DNA of 64,000 bases from Clostridia bacterium (GTDB lineage Bacteria; Bacillota; Clostridia; TANB77; CAG-508), in the NCBI GenBank assembly GCA_045643205.1, contig JAZUKI010000005.1, positions 9,433 to 73,432 of the forward strand, in the 5' to 3' direction. The translations under genes and the position numbers were made by a program. Below are positions 31,768 to 42,993 of the stretch, piece after piece. The notes below the pieces were generated by a model, which searched no databases, was not told where the DNA came from, and saw only the letters and a list, made by a program, of their open reading frames with translations. Numbering within the stretch: the stretch's first letter is position 1; every line of letters starts with the position of its first letter.

Positions 31768-32289
31768 TTAAACTAATTTTAAAATTACAGCTTCTGCTGC
31801 GTCTCCTCTACGTGCACCTTTCTTAATGATTTGAGTATAACCTCCAACCTTTGTTGCATATCTAGGAGCGATTACATTGAATAATTTATCTGTTAAATCG
31901 ATTGAGTTTCCTTCTTCGTCTTTAACTTTGTTAATCTTTGTAAACATTTTTCTTCTAGCGGCTAATCTTGATGGTTCGTCTTTTTGTCTCTTTTCTGTTT
32001 TTGATTCTTTAACTACCTTTAAGAATTCTTTGCCGTTTTTACTCTTTGCAAGTTCTGTTTCTTTGTTTCCCTTACTATCTAATTTTGCTTTAACAACTTT
32101 AGCGTCAACTTCTGTGAAGTTATCTTTTTCTTTAACTGCTAATGCGATAAGGCTATCAACTATTGCTTTAACTTCTTTAGCTCTTGCTTCAGTAGTTTCG
32201 ATTTGTTCATGCCATATTAAATCAGTAGTTAAGTTTTTTAAGATTGACATACGTTGATCAGTTGTTCTACCTAATTTTCTCATTGCCAA
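31768..32289 (-). CDS. rplQ: 50S ribosomal protein L17 (with internal insertion)
   Basis: RKLGRTTDQR, IETTEARAKE, GGYTQIIK..RRGDAA. Confidence 0.96.
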   Translation of the reverse strand: MAMRKLGRTTDQRMSILKNLTTDLIWHEQIETTEARAKEVKAIVDSLIALAVKEKDNFTEVDAKVVKAKLDSKGNKETELAKSKNGKEFLKVVKESKTEKRQKDEPSRLAARRKMFTKINKVKDEEGNSIDLTDKLFNVIAPRYATKVGGYTQIIKKGARRGDAAEAVILKLV

Positions 32290-32303
32290 TTTAATTCACC
32301 TTC

Positions 32304-33251
32304 CTATTCATCAATATTCTTTACGTCTAATCCTAGACTGTGAAGTTTATTAATTACTTCGTCAAGAGATTTCTTTCCTAAGTTCTTAATCTTCATCATT
32401 TCAGGAACTGTTTTATTTGTTAATTGTCCAATGGTTGTTATTCCTGATCTTCTTAAACCATTGAATGATCTTACTGATAATTCCAATGTTTCGATTGGTT
32501 TTTCAAGAAGTTGTTGTTCAACGTCTACTTCTTTATCTTTCATAACTGTTGTGCTCTTTGCTGCTTCTGAAAGATCTACAAATAATTGAATATGTTCTGT
32601 TAAAACTTTTGCTGCTAAGCTTAATGCTTCGAATGGCTCTAAGCTTCCATCAGTCCAAAGTTCAATTGTTAATTTGTCGTAATCTACCATTTGTCCAACT
32701 CTAGTGTTTTCAATGTTGTAGTTAACTTTCTTAACTGGTGAGAAAATACTATCAATTGAAATTACACCAATTGGTTGATTATCTTTTTTGTTTTTCTCTG
32801 CGGTATTATATCCTCTTCCTCTCTCTGCAGTTAATGTCATTTCAACTCTTCCGCCTTTTCCAACTGTGCAGATGTGAAGATCTGGATTTAGTATTTCTAC
32901 TGTTCCATCTGTAATGATATCTCCAGCCGTTAATTCGCCTTCGCCTTTAAAGTCAATTCTTAAAGTTTTTTCTTCATTGTCATCCATTTTTAATCTAATC
33001 ATTTTTAGATTTAAAATAATTTCTGGTACATCCTCAACAACATTTGGGATTGTTGTGAACTCATGTTCAACTCCTTCAATCTTTGCACTTGTGATTGCAC
33101 TACCTGGTAATGAAGATAATAATATTCTTCTTAAAGAATTTCCAATTGTTATACCATAACCTCTTTCTAAAGGCTCACATAAAAACTTAGCGTAATGTTT
33201 GTCTTTATCGATTTCTAGGCATTTAATATTTGGCTTTTCAAATTCTATCAT
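32304..33251 (-). CDS. rpoA: RNA polymerase alpha subunit
   Basis: [22 protein letters not shown]; alpha-CTD LSVRS..NLGKKSL. Confidence 0.99.
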   Translation of the reverse strand: MIEFEKPNIKCLEIDKDKHYAKFLCEPLERGYGITIGNSLRRILLSSLPGSAITSAKIEGVEHEFTTIPNVVEDVPEIILNLKMIRLKMDDNEEKTLRIDFKGEGELTAGDIITDGTVEILNPDLHICTVGKGGRVEMTLTAERGRGYNTAEKNKKDNQPIGVISIDSIFSPVKKVNYNIENTRVGQMVDYDKLTIELWTDGSLEPFEALSLAAKVLTEHIQLFVDLSEAAKSTTVMKDKEVDVEQQLLEKPIETLELSVRSFNGLRRSGITTIGQLTNKTVPEMMKIKNLGKKSLDEVINKLHSLGLDVKNIDE

Positions 33252-33351
33252 TTCTACCTCCTAAATTATTTAGCAAAACTTATATGATAATTTAAGTTTT
33301 GCTTTAAAGAAAAATCTTAATAAATCAATTTTTAAGCATTTATTATATCTA

Positions 33352-33942
33352 TTATCTAGAATATAATTCAACGATTAAGTGCTCTTCAACTGGTAAATCA
33401 ATATCTTCTCTAACAGCAAGTCTTACAACTTTGCCGCTTAATTTGTCAGCGTCTTTTTCTAACCAAGCTGGTACTGGTCTAGCTGCTTCTGTTTCAACAG
33501 CTGCTTTGATAGCTCCATTGTCTTTTTTGCTTTCTCTAACTGCAATAACATCTCCTGCTTTAACTAGGAATGATGGAACATCTACTTTTTGTCCATTTAC
33601 TTCAAATGCTGCATGTGTTACAAGCATTCTTGCTTGTCTTCTTGTGCTTGCATAACCTAATCTATAAACTACGTTATCTAATCTACTTTCTAGTAATTGT
33701 AATAAGTTATCACCTGTTTTTCCTTTAGCGTTGTTAGCCATTTCAAAATATTTTCTGAATTGCTTTTCTTGTACGCCATAGATGAATTTTGTTTTTTGTT
33801 TTTCTCTAAGTTGAAGTCCATATTCTGATACTTTTCTGTTGCTGTTTGATGGATTTCTTCTAGATTTTTTATTGTAACCTAGGAATCCTGGTTCGATACC
33901 AAGAGCCCTACTTCTTTTTAAAATATGTTTGTTGTCAGACAT
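33352..33942 (-). CDS. rpsD: 30S ribosomal protein S4
   Basis: [23 protein letters not shown]. Confidence 0.98.
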   Translation of the reverse strand: MSDNKHILKRSRALGIEPGFLGYNKKSRRNPSNSNRKVSEYGLQLREKQKTKFIYGVQEKQFRKYFEMANNAKGKTGDNLLQLLESRLDNVVYRLGYASTRRQARMLVTHAAFEVNGQKVDVPSFLVKAGDVIAVRESKKDNGAIKAAVETEAARPVPAWLEKDADKLSGKVVRLAVREDIDLPVEEHLIVELYSR

Positions 33943-33966
33943 ATTTCTCTACCTCCTAACTTTAAA

Positions 33967-34359
33967 TTATACTCTTCTTCTTTTTGGTGGTCTGCAACCA
34001 TTATGAGGGATTGGAGTTACGTCTCTAATTGATGTAATTTCTAATCCTGCTGTAGATAATGATCTAATTGCAGATTCACGACCTGCTCCTGGTCCTTTAA
34101 TGAAAACTTCTACAGTTTTTAATCCATGTTCCATAGCTGCTTTTGCTGCTGTTTCAGCAACTTCTCCAGCTGTGAATGGAGTACTTTTTCTTGATCCTTT
34201 AAATCCTAATCCACCGGCACTAGCCCAAGAAATTGTATTTCCTTGTGTGTCGGTAATTGTAACGATTGTATTATTAAAGCTTGCATGAATCATTACTTTT
34301 CCTGATTGAATGTTCTTGCTTACTTTTCTTCTACTTGTGGCTTTCTTTGCTGTTGCCAT
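33967..34359 (-). CDS. rpsK: 30S ribosomal protein S11
   Basis: [24 protein letters not shown]. Confidence 0.99.
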   Translation of the reverse strand: MATAKKATSRRKVSKNIQSGKVMIHASFNNTIVTITDTQGNTISWASAGGLGFKGSRKSTPFTAGEVAETAAKAAMEHGLKTVEVFIKGPGAGRESAIRSLSTAGLEITSIRDVTPIPHNGCRPPKRRRV

Positions 34360-34379
34360 TCTTTACTTACCTCCTAAAA

Positions 34380-34748
34380 TTAATCTTTCTTTGTACGAAC
34401 TACTAATTTTCTTGGACCCTTTCTTGTACGGGCATTAGTTTTAGTTCTTTGTCCTCTTACTGGAAGACTTTTCTTATGTCTTGTTCCTCTGAAGCAACCC
34501 ATTTCAATTAATTGTTTTATGTTTAATTGTGTTTCTCTTCTTAGGTCACCTTCTACTAAATAACCAGACATTGCTTTTCTAATAGCTTGTTCTTGATCAT
34601 CTGTTAAGTCTTTAACTCTAGTGTCTGGATTGATACCAGCTTCTGCTAGAATTTTTTGTGATCTTTTCAAACCTATACCATAAATGTATGTAAGTCCGAT
34701 TTCTACCCTTTTTTCTTTTGGTAGTTCAACTCCTGCTATACGAGCCAT
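34380..34748 (-). CDS. rpsM: 30S ribosomal protein S13
   Basis: [24 protein letters not shown]; start corrected to 34748. Confidence 0.98.
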   Translation of the reverse strand: MARIAGVELPKEKRVEIGLTYIYGIGLKRSQKILAEAGINPDTRVKDLTDDQEQAIRKAMSGYLVEGDLRRETQLNIKQLIEMGCFRGTRHKKSLPVRGQRTKTNARTRKGPRKLVVRTKKD

Positions 34749-35091
34749 GTTTACACCTCTTTCATAAATTTTGTATTTGTATATTTTAATTTTTCTATCT
34801 TGCACTTCTAAAGGTGAAATGCACCGAATTTAATGTTAATAACACGAGTTAGAAAGGTTTGGTCGTATTATTAATATTAAATTCGATCTCTAAAAGTTTA
34901 AGATAAAGTATTTATATTTTACATATTCTCAATCAGCCGCGCGAGAAATATGAAAATAACTAAAATTGGTTGGTTAATGAATCCTTCTATTTTCAATACT
35001 TTGAAATGATTTTTTATATCGTTTTTAAATATTGTTTTCTAGAACGCAAATTAAAGTAATTTCAATATTTTGAAACTACTTTAATCTACAA

Positions 35092-35205
35092 TTAACCTTG
35101 TCTTTGTTTGTGTTTTGGATTAGAGCAAATAACTCTAATTACACCTTTTCTTTTTATAACCTTGCATTTTTCGCACATAGGTTTTACTGATGGTCTAACC
35201 TTCAT
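35092..35205 (-). CDS. rpmJ: 50S ribosomal protein L36 (absent from ORF track)
   Basis: Translates to [37 protein letters not shown]; RBS GGAGG. Confidence 0.98.
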   Translation of the reverse strand: MKVRPSVKPMCEKCKVIKRKGVIRVICSNPKHKQRQG

Positions 35206-35251
35206 TCTATTTTCCTCCTAATTTGCTTTTATACTTTAATGCATTATTTAA

Positions 35252-35470
35252 TTATTTATCTCTCCATGTAATTCTACCTTGAGTTAAATCATATGGTGAT
35301 AATTCTAATTTTACTTTATCTCCTGGAAGAATTTTAATGTAATTCATTCTTAATTTTCCTGAGATATGAGCTAAAATTTCATGTCCGTTTTCTAATTTTA
35401 CTTTAAACGTTGTATTTGGAAGTGCTTCTGAAACAATTCCTTCAACTTCGATTACGTCATCTTTAGACAT
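35252..35470 (-). CDS. infA: Translation initiation factor IF-1
   Basis: [29 protein letters not shown]. Confidence 0.99.
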   Translation of the reverse strand: MSKDDVIEVEGIVSEALPNTTFKVKLENGHEILAHISGKLRMNYIKILPGDKVKLELSPYDLTQGRITWRDK

Positions 35471-35549
35471 ATAAATTTTTTCTCCTTTTTAAAAATAATT
35501 TTTGTCATGATTTTTATGAGTGTCACGACTAATTAATTTTACAATAATT

Positions 35550-36320
35550 TTAGCTTAAAGTCAATATTTCAGGCTCATTTTCTGTAATTAAAATTGTATT
35601 TTCATAATGGGCTGATAAGCTTTCATCATAAGTCCAAATTGACCAGCCATCATCACCTTGGCATATTTCTGGTGAACCAGCTACTACCATAGGTTCGATG
35701 CATATTGTCATTCCAGGTTCTAGGCGTGTGCCCCTTCCTGGTTTGCCATGGTTTGGTACTCCAGGATCTTCGTGCATTTCTCTTCCAATGCCGTGTCCTT
35801 CAAATTCTCTAATTACGTCAAATCCGTTAGCTCTTACATATTCTTGTACTGCATAACTGATGTCGCCTATTCTGTTTCCTTTTTTAGCTACTTTTAAAGC
35901 TTCATAAAAAGCTTGTTTTGTAACTTCCATTAACTTTTTAGCTTGTGGTGATACCTCTCCGACTGCATAAGTTCTACAGCAATCACCGTTGAATCCATTT
36001 TTATAAGTTACAAGGTCAATTGAGATTATATCTCCTTCTCTTAAAACAACTTTATTAGATGGAATTCCGTGTATTATATTATCATTTATAGATGCGCAGA
36101 TGGATGCTGGAAAATCAGGTACGCCCTTCATTCCGCTTGGATAACCTTTTTCTGCAGGTATTGCGCCTAATTCTCTCATTTTTGCTTCAGCAATTTTATC
36201 AAGTTCAAGAGTTGTTACTCCTGGTTTTATTGCTTGTTCTATTGCTTTTTGAACTAAGTCTGCAACTCTGCCAGCTTCACGCATACAATCAATTTCTGAT
36301 TTAGATTTAATTGTAACCAT
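35550..36320 (-). CDS. map: Methionine aminopeptidase type I
   Basis: CASIND.IIHGIP, GHGIG..MHEDP, IEPM, SAHYENT. Confidence 0.97.
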   Translation of the reverse strand: MVTIKSKSEIDCMREAGRVADLVQKAIEQAIKPGVTTLELDKIAEAKMRELGAIPAEKGYPSGMKGVPDFPASICASINDNIIHGIPSNKVVLREGDIISIDLVTYKNGFNGDCCRTYAVGEVSPQAKKLMEVTKQAFYEALKVAKKGNRIGDISYAVQEYVRANGFDVIREFEGHGIGREMHEDPGVPNHGKPGRGTRLEPGMTICIEPMVVAGSPEICQGDDGWSIWTYDESLSAHYENTILITENEPEILTLS

Positions 36321-36340
36321 TTGCTATCTTCTTTCTAATT

Positions 36341-36414
36341 TTTATTCTTCAATTCTTATATCTATTGATTCAATTCTTGTATTTATTCTTCAATTCTTTT
36401 ATCTATTGATTCAA
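36341..36414. repeat. 33-bp direct repeat (1 mismatch, 41-bp period) of the adk 3' end
   Basis: TTTATTCTTCAATTCTT(A/T)TATCTATTGATTCAA at 36341 and 36382. Confidence 0.88.
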
Positions 36415-37048
36415 ATACTTTTCTAGTTGTATCTTCTCTTGTTGTTTCAGAGTATATATCAATATCTATTGGTGCTAATAATTGTTTTTCTTTATAATAA
36501 TTAATTAATTGTTCAGTTTCTTTATGATAAACTTCTAATCTTTTTCTTATTATTTCAGGAACATCATCGTTTCTTCTAATTAACTCTGAACCGCATACGT
36601 CACAAATACCTTCAACTTTTGAAGGCATGAACTTTGTATTGTATGCTGCACGACATGTTTTGTTTGAACAAATAACCCTACTTGATGTTCTTATAACAAG
36701 ATCTTCATCAGGTACATTTAAGTCAATAACTGCTGTTATTTTTTTGTTTTTAGATTTTAAATATTCATCTAAAGCATATGCTTGCTCTATTGTTCTTGGA
36801 AAACCGTCAAGTACTGCTCCATCTAAATTTTCTAATTGTTTTTCTACTAGTTTTATTGTTATTTCATCTGGTACTAATTTACCTTGTGAAATATATTTTT
36901 CTGCTTCTTTTCCTAGTTCTGTTTGATTTTTTATTTCATCTCTGAAAATGTCTCCTGTAGCTAAGTGAGTCAAATTGTAGTGTTTGCAAATTTCCATTCC
37001 AATTGTTCCTTTGCCACTACCAGGAGCACCAAGCATAATAATATACAT
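36383..37048 (-). CDS. adk: Adenylate kinase
   Basis: GAPGSGKGT, LDGFPRT, Zn-binding lid; start moved to MYIIML. Confidence 0.97.
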   Translation of the reverse strand: MYIIMLGAPGSGKGTIGMEICKHYNLTHLATGDIFRDEIKNQTELGKEAEKYISQGKLVPDEITIKLVEKQLENLDGAVLDGFPRTIEQAYALDEYLKSKNKKITAVIDLNVPDEDLVIRTSSRVICSNKTCRAAYNTKFMPSKVEGICDVCGSELIRRNDDVPEIIRKRLEVYHKETEQLINYYKEKQLLAPIDIDIYSETTREDTTRKVFESIDKRIEE

Positions 37049-37176
37049 ATATGTTCCTTTCACACTAATAAAATAGTTTGTATACAAACTATTTTATCAT
37101 TTGTGTTTTTAAAAAAGATTAAAGGGACGCGTTCTGTAACGAAGAGCATCCCTATGTTAATTTAATACTCTTAAAA

Positions 37177-38499
37177 CTATTTATTTAAGAATCCTTTATA
37201 ATGTCTCATTACTAATAATGATTCTAGTTGTTGCTCTAATTCAATAGCAACACCAACCAAAATTAATATTGATGATCCACCAAATGCTGTGTTTAATCCT
37301 GTTGCTTTTGCAAACATTGGGATAATAGCTATAACAGCTAAGAATATACCACCGAATAATACTACTTTAGATAGTACTGATGATAAGTAATCTGATGTTG
37401 GTTTTCCTGCTCTGATTCCAGGGATGAAACCACCATTTCTCTTGATGTTTGCTGCAACTTCTAATGGATTAAATGTTGCATATGTATAGAAATATGTGAA
37501 ACCAATAATTAATAATAAATAAATTACTGCATTGATTATTACATAGTTCCAGCCAACACTTGATGAAGATGTAGCGATTGATAAATCGTAAACAACTCTC
37601 CAAAATCCTTGTGTATTTGCTATTTGAGGATTTACTAGTTCAATAATAAGTGCTGGGAATGTCATGAATGATGATGCAAAAATTATTGGCATTACACTTG
37701 CCATTGCTGGCTTGATTGGAATGTGTGTATTTTGTGCACCAACCATTTTTCTTCCAACAACTTTCTTTGAATATTGAACTGGAATTCTTCTTTCAGCTAA
37801 TTGTACAAATACTACACCTGTTACTAATAATAGAATTCCAAATACGATTAATAATGCGAATATTAATCCTTTTGTATCGAAAACTCCATCTTTAACAACT
37901 AATCCAGCTACTGATGTAATAGCTGTTGGAATGCTTGAAACGATACCAGCAAAGATTAACATTGATGTTCCGTTTCCAATTCCTCTTGATGTAATTTTGT
38001 CTCCAACCCACATAAGTAGTGAAGTTCCGGCTACTAGTGATATAACAACTACTGCCATTGTTTGGAATCCTGTTGAAACAAATATACCATTCATTTCATA
38101 TGAGAAGTAAATTCCTAATCCTTCTACTACTGCTAGTACTAAAGATATTATCTTTGTTAGTCTATCAACTTTCTTCTTTCCTTCTTCTCCACCTTCTTTA
38201 GTTAATCTCTCTAAAGCAGGTATGATCATTGCTAATAATTGTACAATGATTGATGAAGTAATGTATGGTGTGATTGACATTGCGAATATTGATAGTCTTG
38301 AGAAAGCACCACCGGAAATAATATTGATTAATCCTGTTATTCCTGATGATGATTCACCTAATTGGCTAACTGCTTCTAAGTTAACCATAGGTATAGTTAT
38401 AAAACAACCAATTCTAAATACTATTAATAATAGTAATGTATAGAATAGTTTTTTCCTTATTTCAGGAGTTTTAAATGCGTTGACTAATGTTTTAAACAA
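37177..38499 (-). CDS. secY: Preprotein translocase SecY
   Basis: SIFAMSITPYITSSII, GIGNG, FIPGIRAG; multiple TMs. Confidence 0.98.
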   Translation of the reverse strand: MFKTLVNAFKTPEIRKKLFYTLLLLIVFRIGCFITIPMVNLEAVSQLGESSSGITGLINIISGGAFSRLSIFAMSITPYITSSIIVQLLAMIIPALERLTKEGGEEGKKKVDRLTKIISLVLAVVEGLGIYFSYEMNGIFVSTGFQTMAVVVISLVAGTSLLMWVGDKITSRGIGNGTSMLIFAGIVSSIPTAITSVAGLVVKDGVFDTKGLIFALLIVFGILLLVTGVVFVQLAERRIPVQYSKKVVGRKMVGAQNTHIPIKPAMASVMPIIFASSFMTFPALIIELVNPQIANTQGFWRVVYDLSIATSSSSVGWNYVIINAVIYLLLIIGFTYFYTYATFNPLEVAANIKRNGGFIPGIRAGKPTSDYLSSVLSKVVLFGGIFLAVIAIIPMFAKATGLNTAFGGSSILILVGVAIELEQQLESLLVMRHYKGFLNK

Positions 38500-38937
38500 T
38501 TAAATCACCTCTGTCTTTCCGCCTAAAGCTTCGATTTTTTCTTTAGCTGAATTTGTGAATCTTTTAGCTTTTACAGTTAATTTTTTATCTAATTTACCAG
38601 TAGCAATAACAACGATTCCGTCTTTTGCTTTGCTGATAATTCCATCGTTAATAAGACTATTAACATCTACTACATCTGTTGTTGCGTTATTTAACATAGT
38701 TAATGTTACTTCATTGTAGTCCTTAGCGAACTTGCTGTTGTTGAATCCTCTCTTAGGTAATCTTCTATATAATGGTGTTTGTCCACCTTCAAATCCACGT
38801 CTTACTCCGCCGCCAGCTCTAGCTTTTTGGCCTTTATGACCTCTTCCAGAAGTTTTTCCTAATCCTGAACCCATACCACGTCCAACTACAGTTCTCTTTG
38901 TTCTTTTAGTTGATGGCTTTAATTCATCTAACTTCAT
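38500..38937 (-). CDS. rplO: 50S ribosomal protein L15
   Basis: [30 protein letters not shown]. Confidence 0.99.
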   Translation of the reverse strand: MKLDELKPSTKRTKRTVVGRGMGSGLGKTSGRGHKGQKARAGGGVRRGFEGGQTPLYRRLPKRGFNNSKFAKDYNEVTLTMLNNATTDVVDVNSLINDGIISKAKDGIVVIATGKLDKKLTVKAKRFTNSAKEKIEALGGKTEVI

Positions 38938-39063
38938 ATTGGGTTACACCTCCTTATGTCATTTTAATTTCATACGAAATTATTTTATACAAATAATATT
39001 CAATTGTAAATAATGAATAAAATATATTTACGTTATTTTTTTGCAATATAAATTATTGCTAAA

Positions 39064-39573
39064 TTATTTAACGTCTTCTACTTTTATTCCTCTCTTCTTT
39101 GCAACTTGTTCAATTGTTTGCATTGATTTTAAACCGTTTAATGTTGCATAAACACAGTTTCTTGGATTGTTAGTTCCTAAAACTTTAGTTCTAACATCTT
39201 TGTATCCTGCAAGTTCAAGAACTGGTCTAACAGATCCTCCTGTGATTAATCCAGTACCTTCTGCAGCTGGTTTTAATAGTACTTTTGCACTACCAAATTC
39301 TCCAGTATATTCATGTGGAACAGTTGTACCAACGATTGGAACTTCGATTAAATGTTTCTTAGCATCTTCGATTGCTTTGCTGATTGCTTCAGGAACCTCA
39401 GCTGCTTTTCCATTTCCAATTCCAACGTGTCCAGCACCATCACCAACTACGACAACAGCACTGAATCTAAATGTTCTACCACCTTTAACAACTTTTGCAA
39501 CTCTATTGATTGCAACGACTTTTTCATTTAGTCCGTCGTCTTTTTCTTCACGTCTATTTTGTCTATCTGCCAC
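39064..39573 (-). CDS. rpsE: 30S ribosomal protein S5
   Basis: [14 protein letters not shown]. Confidence 0.99.
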   Translation of the reverse strand: MADRQNRREEKDDGLNEKVVAINRVAKVVKGGRTFRFSAVVVVGDGAGHVGIGNGKAAEVPEAISKAIEDAKKHLIEVPIVGTTVPHEYTGEFGSAKVLLKPAAEGTGLITGGSVRPVLELAGYKDVRTKVLGTNNPRNCVYATLNGLKSMQTIEQVAKKRGIKVEDVK

Positions 39574-39592
39574 TTGATTTACCTCCTTCTTC

Positions 39593-39952
39593 TTAGAAAT
39601 TTAATCCGCCTTCTCTAGCGCTATCAGCTAATGCTTTGATAACACCATGATAAATGTATCCGCCTCTATCGAAAACAACATCTGAAATTTTTGCATCTTT
39701 TGCTCTCTTTGCTACTAATGCTCCAACTTCTTTAGCTGCTTCTACACTTGCGTGTTTTGTTTTAACTTCTTTATCTAATGAAGAAGCTGCAACTAATGTT
39801 TTTCCGTTAACATCGTCAATGATTTGTGCATAGACTGCAGAATTACTTTTGAAAACGCTTAATCTTGGGCATTCTGGAGTTCCGCTAATTTTTGTACGAA
39901 CTCTAGCATGTCTTCTTGTTCTTTCAAGTTTTCTATTTGTCTTTGAAATCAT
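39593..39952 (-). CDS. rplR: 50S ribosomal protein L18
   Basis: [19 protein letters not shown]. Confidence 0.99.
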   Translation of the reverse strand: MISKTNRKLERTRRHARVRTKISGTPECPRLSVFKSNSAVYAQIIDDVNGKTLVAASSLDKEVKTKHASVEAAKEVGALVAKRAKDAKISDVVFDRGGYIYHGVIKALADSAREGGLNF

Positions 39953-39973
39953 TATTTATCTCCTTTCTAGATA

Positions 39974-40504
39974 TTATTTACCTGTCTTTCCTTCCTTACG
40001 TATTAAGTGTTCTTCAGCATATTTAATACCTTTACCCTTATATACTTCAGGTGGTCTCTTTGATCTAATAACAGCTGCTGTTTGTCCAACAACTTCTTTA
40101 TTAATACCTCTTACTATAATTGTGTTTGCATCTGGAACATCAAATGTGATTCCTTCTGGTGCTTCAACAATTACTTGGTGAGAATATCCTAAGTTCATAA
40201 CAAGATTTGTTCCTTGTTTTTGAGCTCTGTAACCTACACCATTAATTTGAAGTGTTCTAGAAAATTCATTATTAACACCTTCAACCATATTAGCGATTAA
40301 AGTTCTAGTTAATCCATGTAAATTTCCATTAGCTTCATTTTCTATAGAAACGATAATTTCGTTTTCTTTAACTTCAGCTTTAACTGCTGGATGAATATCT
40401 ATTTCAAGAGTTCCTTTTGGTCCTTTTGCAGTTAGATGTTGTCCATCAATTGTTATTGTAACACCAGCAGGAATTGCTATAGGTTTCTTTCCTATTCTTG
40501 ACAT
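39974..40504 (-). CDS. rplF: 50S ribosomal protein L6
   Basis: MSRIGKKP, RPPEVYKGKGI. Confidence 0.99.
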   Translation of the reverse strand: MSRIGKKPIAIPAGVTITIDGQHLTAKGPKGTLEIDIHPAVKAEVKENEIIVSIENEANGNLHGLTRTLIANMVEGVNNEFSRTLQINGVGYRAQKQGTNLVMNLGYSHQVIVEAPEGITFDVPDANTIIVRGINKEVVGQTAAVIRSKRPPEVYKGKGIKYAEEHLIRKEGKTGK

Positions 40505-40529
40505 TTTGGTTTTCCTCCTTCTTTAATAA

Positions 40530-40928
40530 TTACCAAATATAAGCTAGAACTTCTCCTCCTAAGCCTTCTTTACGTGCTTCTTTGTCTGTTTTAATTCCTT
40601 TAGATGTTGAAATTAAAGCAATACCTAAACCGTTAAGAACTTCTGGAAGTTCATCTTTATTTACATATATACGTAATCCTGGTTTTGAAATTCTCTTTAA
40701 TCCAGAAATTACTTTCTTACCTTTTTCATCATATTTTAATGTGATTCTGATAATTCCTTGTTTTTCATCTTTAATCTCTTCAAAAGATTTGATATATCCT
40801 TCATCAGCTAAAATTTGAGCGATTGCTTTCTTTATATTTGATGATGGAACGTCAACTGTAGCATGTTTTGAAGTATTAGCGTTTCTAATTCTTGTTAACA
40901 TGTCTGCGATTGGGTCAGTTGTATTCAT
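40530..40928 (-). CDS. rpsH: 30S ribosomal protein S8
   Basis: [21 protein letters not shown]. Confidence 0.99.
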   Translation of the reverse strand: MNTTDPIADMLTRIRNANTSKHATVDVPSSNIKKAIAQILADEGYIKSFEEIKDEKQGIIRITLKYDEKGKKVISGLKRISKPGLRIYVNKDELPEVLNGLGIALISTSKGIKTDKEARKEGLGGEVLAYIW

Positions 40929-40964
40929 TTATTTCCCTCCTTCTTTGTCAGATTTAAATATTTA

Positions 40965-41150
40965 TTACCAACTTGCCTTTTTCATTCCAGGAATTTCGCC
41001 TTGGTGAGCTAGTTTTCTAAAACATTCACGGCAAATTCCATATTTTCTTATATAAGCATGTGGTCTTCCACAGATTTTGCATCTATTATATTCTCTAGTT
41101 GCATATTTTTGTGGTTTTTGTTGTTTAACTTTTAAAGATTTCTTAGCCAT
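40965..41150 (-). CDS. rpsZ: 30S ribosomal protein S14, zinc-binding type Z
   Basis: 61 aa, RCKICGR...CREC. Confidence 0.97.
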   Translation of the reverse strand: MAKKSLKVKQQKPQKYATREYNRCKICGRPHAYIRKYGICRECFRKLAHQGEIPGMKKASW

Positions 41151-41174
41151 TCTTGACTCTTTCCTCCTTCATTA

Positions 41175-41714
41175 TTATTTACTGAAAGGCATTCCAAGAA
41201 GAGTTAATAATTCTTTAGCTTCTTCATCAGTTGTTGCTGATGTTACGAAAACTATATCCATTCCTCTAACTTTATCTACCTTATCGTATTCAATCTCAGG
41301 GAAAATTAATTGTTCTTTAATTCCCATTGAATAATTTCCTCTTCCATCAAATGAATCAGATGAAACTCCTCTAAAATCTCTAACACGTGGTAATGCTACA
41401 TTGAATAGTTTGTATGCAAAATCATACATTTTTCCACTTCTTAATGTAACTTTTACTCCTATATCCATTCCAGCTCTGATCTTGAAAGCAGCTATAGCTT
41501 TCTTTGATTTTGTTACTACTGGTTTTTGTCCTGTAATTTCTGTTAAATCTTTTACACATCCTTCTAATGTTTTAGGATTGTCTCTTGTATCTCCTAAACC
41601 AACATTAAGGATAATTTTCTCTAATCTTGGAACTTCCATTACTGACTTGTAATTGAATTTCTTCATCATTGCTGGAACTATTTCTTTCTCATATTGTTCT
41701 TTTAAAATTTCCAT
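41175..41714 (-). CDS. rplE: 50S ribosomal protein L5
   Basis: [22 protein letters not shown]. Confidence 0.99.
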   Translation of the reverse strand: MEILKEQYEKEIVPAMMKKFNYKSVMEVPRLEKIILNVGLGDTRDNPKTLEGCVKDLTEITGQKPVVTKSKKAIAAFKIRAGMDIGVKVTLRSGKMYDFAYKLFNVALPRVRDFRGVSSDSFDGRGNYSMGIKEQLIFPEIEYDKVDKVRGMDIVFVTSATTDEEAKELLTLLGMPFSK

Positions 41715-41750
41715 ATAAGTCTTAATAGACCTCCTTTCGCAATATTAATT

Positions 41751-42065
41751 TTATAATTCAGCTCCGCAGCTCTTGCAAACTCTAACTTTCTTATCACCAT
41801 CAACTTTGTAACCAACTTTAACGGCTTTTTTACATTTAGGGCAAACTACTGCAACTTTACTTGAATTGATTGGATGTTCTGAAGCTATAATTCCTCCAGT
41901 TTCTCCAGCTTTTCTTGGTTTTGTAGCTTTTTTTCTAACATTAACTTCTTTAACTACAACTTTATTTGATTTAGGTAAAACAGAAAGAACTTCTCCTGTT
42001 GTTCCTTTATCATTTCCAGATAATACTTTAACTGTATCTCCTTTTCTAAGTTTCATGTATTTCAC
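41751..42065 (-). CDS. rplX: 50S ribosomal protein L24
   Basis: KOW motif KGDTVKVLSGNDKG; start may be ATG 42056. Confidence 0.97.
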   Translation of the reverse strand: MKYMKLRKGDTVKVLSGNDKGTTGEVLSVLPKSNKVVVKEVNVRKKATKPRKAGETGGIIASEHPINSSKVAVVCPKCKKAVKVGYKVDGDKKVRVCKSCGAEL

Positions 42066-42074
42066 CTCTTTCTT

Positions 42075-42443
42075 TTATAAAACTTCTGGTGCTAGTGATA
42101 AGATTTTCATATAATCAAAATCTCTTAATTCTCTTGCAACTGGTCCGAATATACGTGTTCCAGTTGGAGTTTTATCGTCCTTTATAATAACTGCTGCATT
42201 TTCATCAAATCTAACAACTGTTCCGTCTGGTCTTTGAATAGGTTTCTTTGTTCTAACAATAACTGCTTTAACAACTTGTCCCTTTTTAACTGTTCCATCT
42301 GGAATAGCACTCTTTACTGATGCAACTACAACATCACCTACACCTGCAAACTTTCTATATGATCCACCAAGGCATCTTATAACCATAAGTTCTCTTGCCC
42401 CTGTGTTGTCAGCTACTTTTAATCTAGTTTGTTGCTGTACCAT
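42075..42443 (-). CDS. rplN: 50S ribosomal protein L14
   Basis: [27 protein letters not shown]. Confidence 0.99.
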   Translation of the reverse strand: MVQQQTRLKVADNTGARELMVIRCLGGSYRKFAGVGDVVVASVKSAIPDGTVKKGQVVKAVIVRTKKPIQRPDGTVVRFDENAAVIIKDDKTPTGTRIFGPVARELRDFDYMKILSLAPEVL

Positions 42444-42508
42444 AAGTATTTCCTCCTTCTTCTATATTCTCATGTAAAGTTTTACTCTACAATAAAATTT
42501 TTGAATAA

Positions 42509-42769
42509 TTATTTAATAACTGCTTTCTCTGTTATTTTAACAAGTCTATATCTCTTATCTTTTGATAAAGGTCTTGTTTCCATAACTTCAACAGTGTCTC
42601 CAACTTGGCATTCATTGTTTTCGTCATGAGCTTTTAATTTATATGTTGAAGCTTTGATTTTTCCATATCTTTTATCCATTTTCTTTGTTTCAACTGCTAC
42701 AACGATTGTTTTGTCCATGCTGTTAGAAACTACTTTTCCAATCATTATTCTACGAAGATTTCTTTCCAT
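42509..42769 (-). CDS. rpsQ: 30S ribosomal protein S17
   Basis: [18 protein letters not shown]. Confidence 0.98.
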   Translation of the reverse strand: MERNLRRIMIGKVVSNSMDKTIVVAVETKKMDKRYGKIKASTYKLKAHDENNECQVGDTVEVMETRPLSKDKRYRLVKITEKAVIK

Positions 42770-42789
42770 TAGGTATTTATCTCCTTTCT

Positions 42790-42993
42790 TTATTTATTAG
42801 CCTCTTTTAACTTTCTTTCAGTTAAAACTGTATTTACTCTTGCAATGTCTTTCTTTACTTGAGAAATTTTCTTAGGATTATCTAAACCGTTTGTAGCTAA
42901 GCTAAATCTTAATTTAAATAATTCTGATTTTAAATCTCCTAATTCTTTCTCTAGATCTGGTGAAGACATTTCTCTAATCTTATTTATCTTCAT
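42790..42993 (-). CDS. rpmC: 50S ribosomal protein L29
   Basis: [16 protein letters not shown]; start at MKINKI. Confidence 0.96.
   Translation of the reverse strand: MKINKIREMSSPDLEKELGDLKSELFKLRFSLATNGLDNPKKISQVKKDIARVNTVLTERKLKEANK

Noticed and set aside
35471-35549. No KOW-domain small gene between map and infA
   Set aside because: This gene is variably present among Firmicutes, so its absence alone is uninformative
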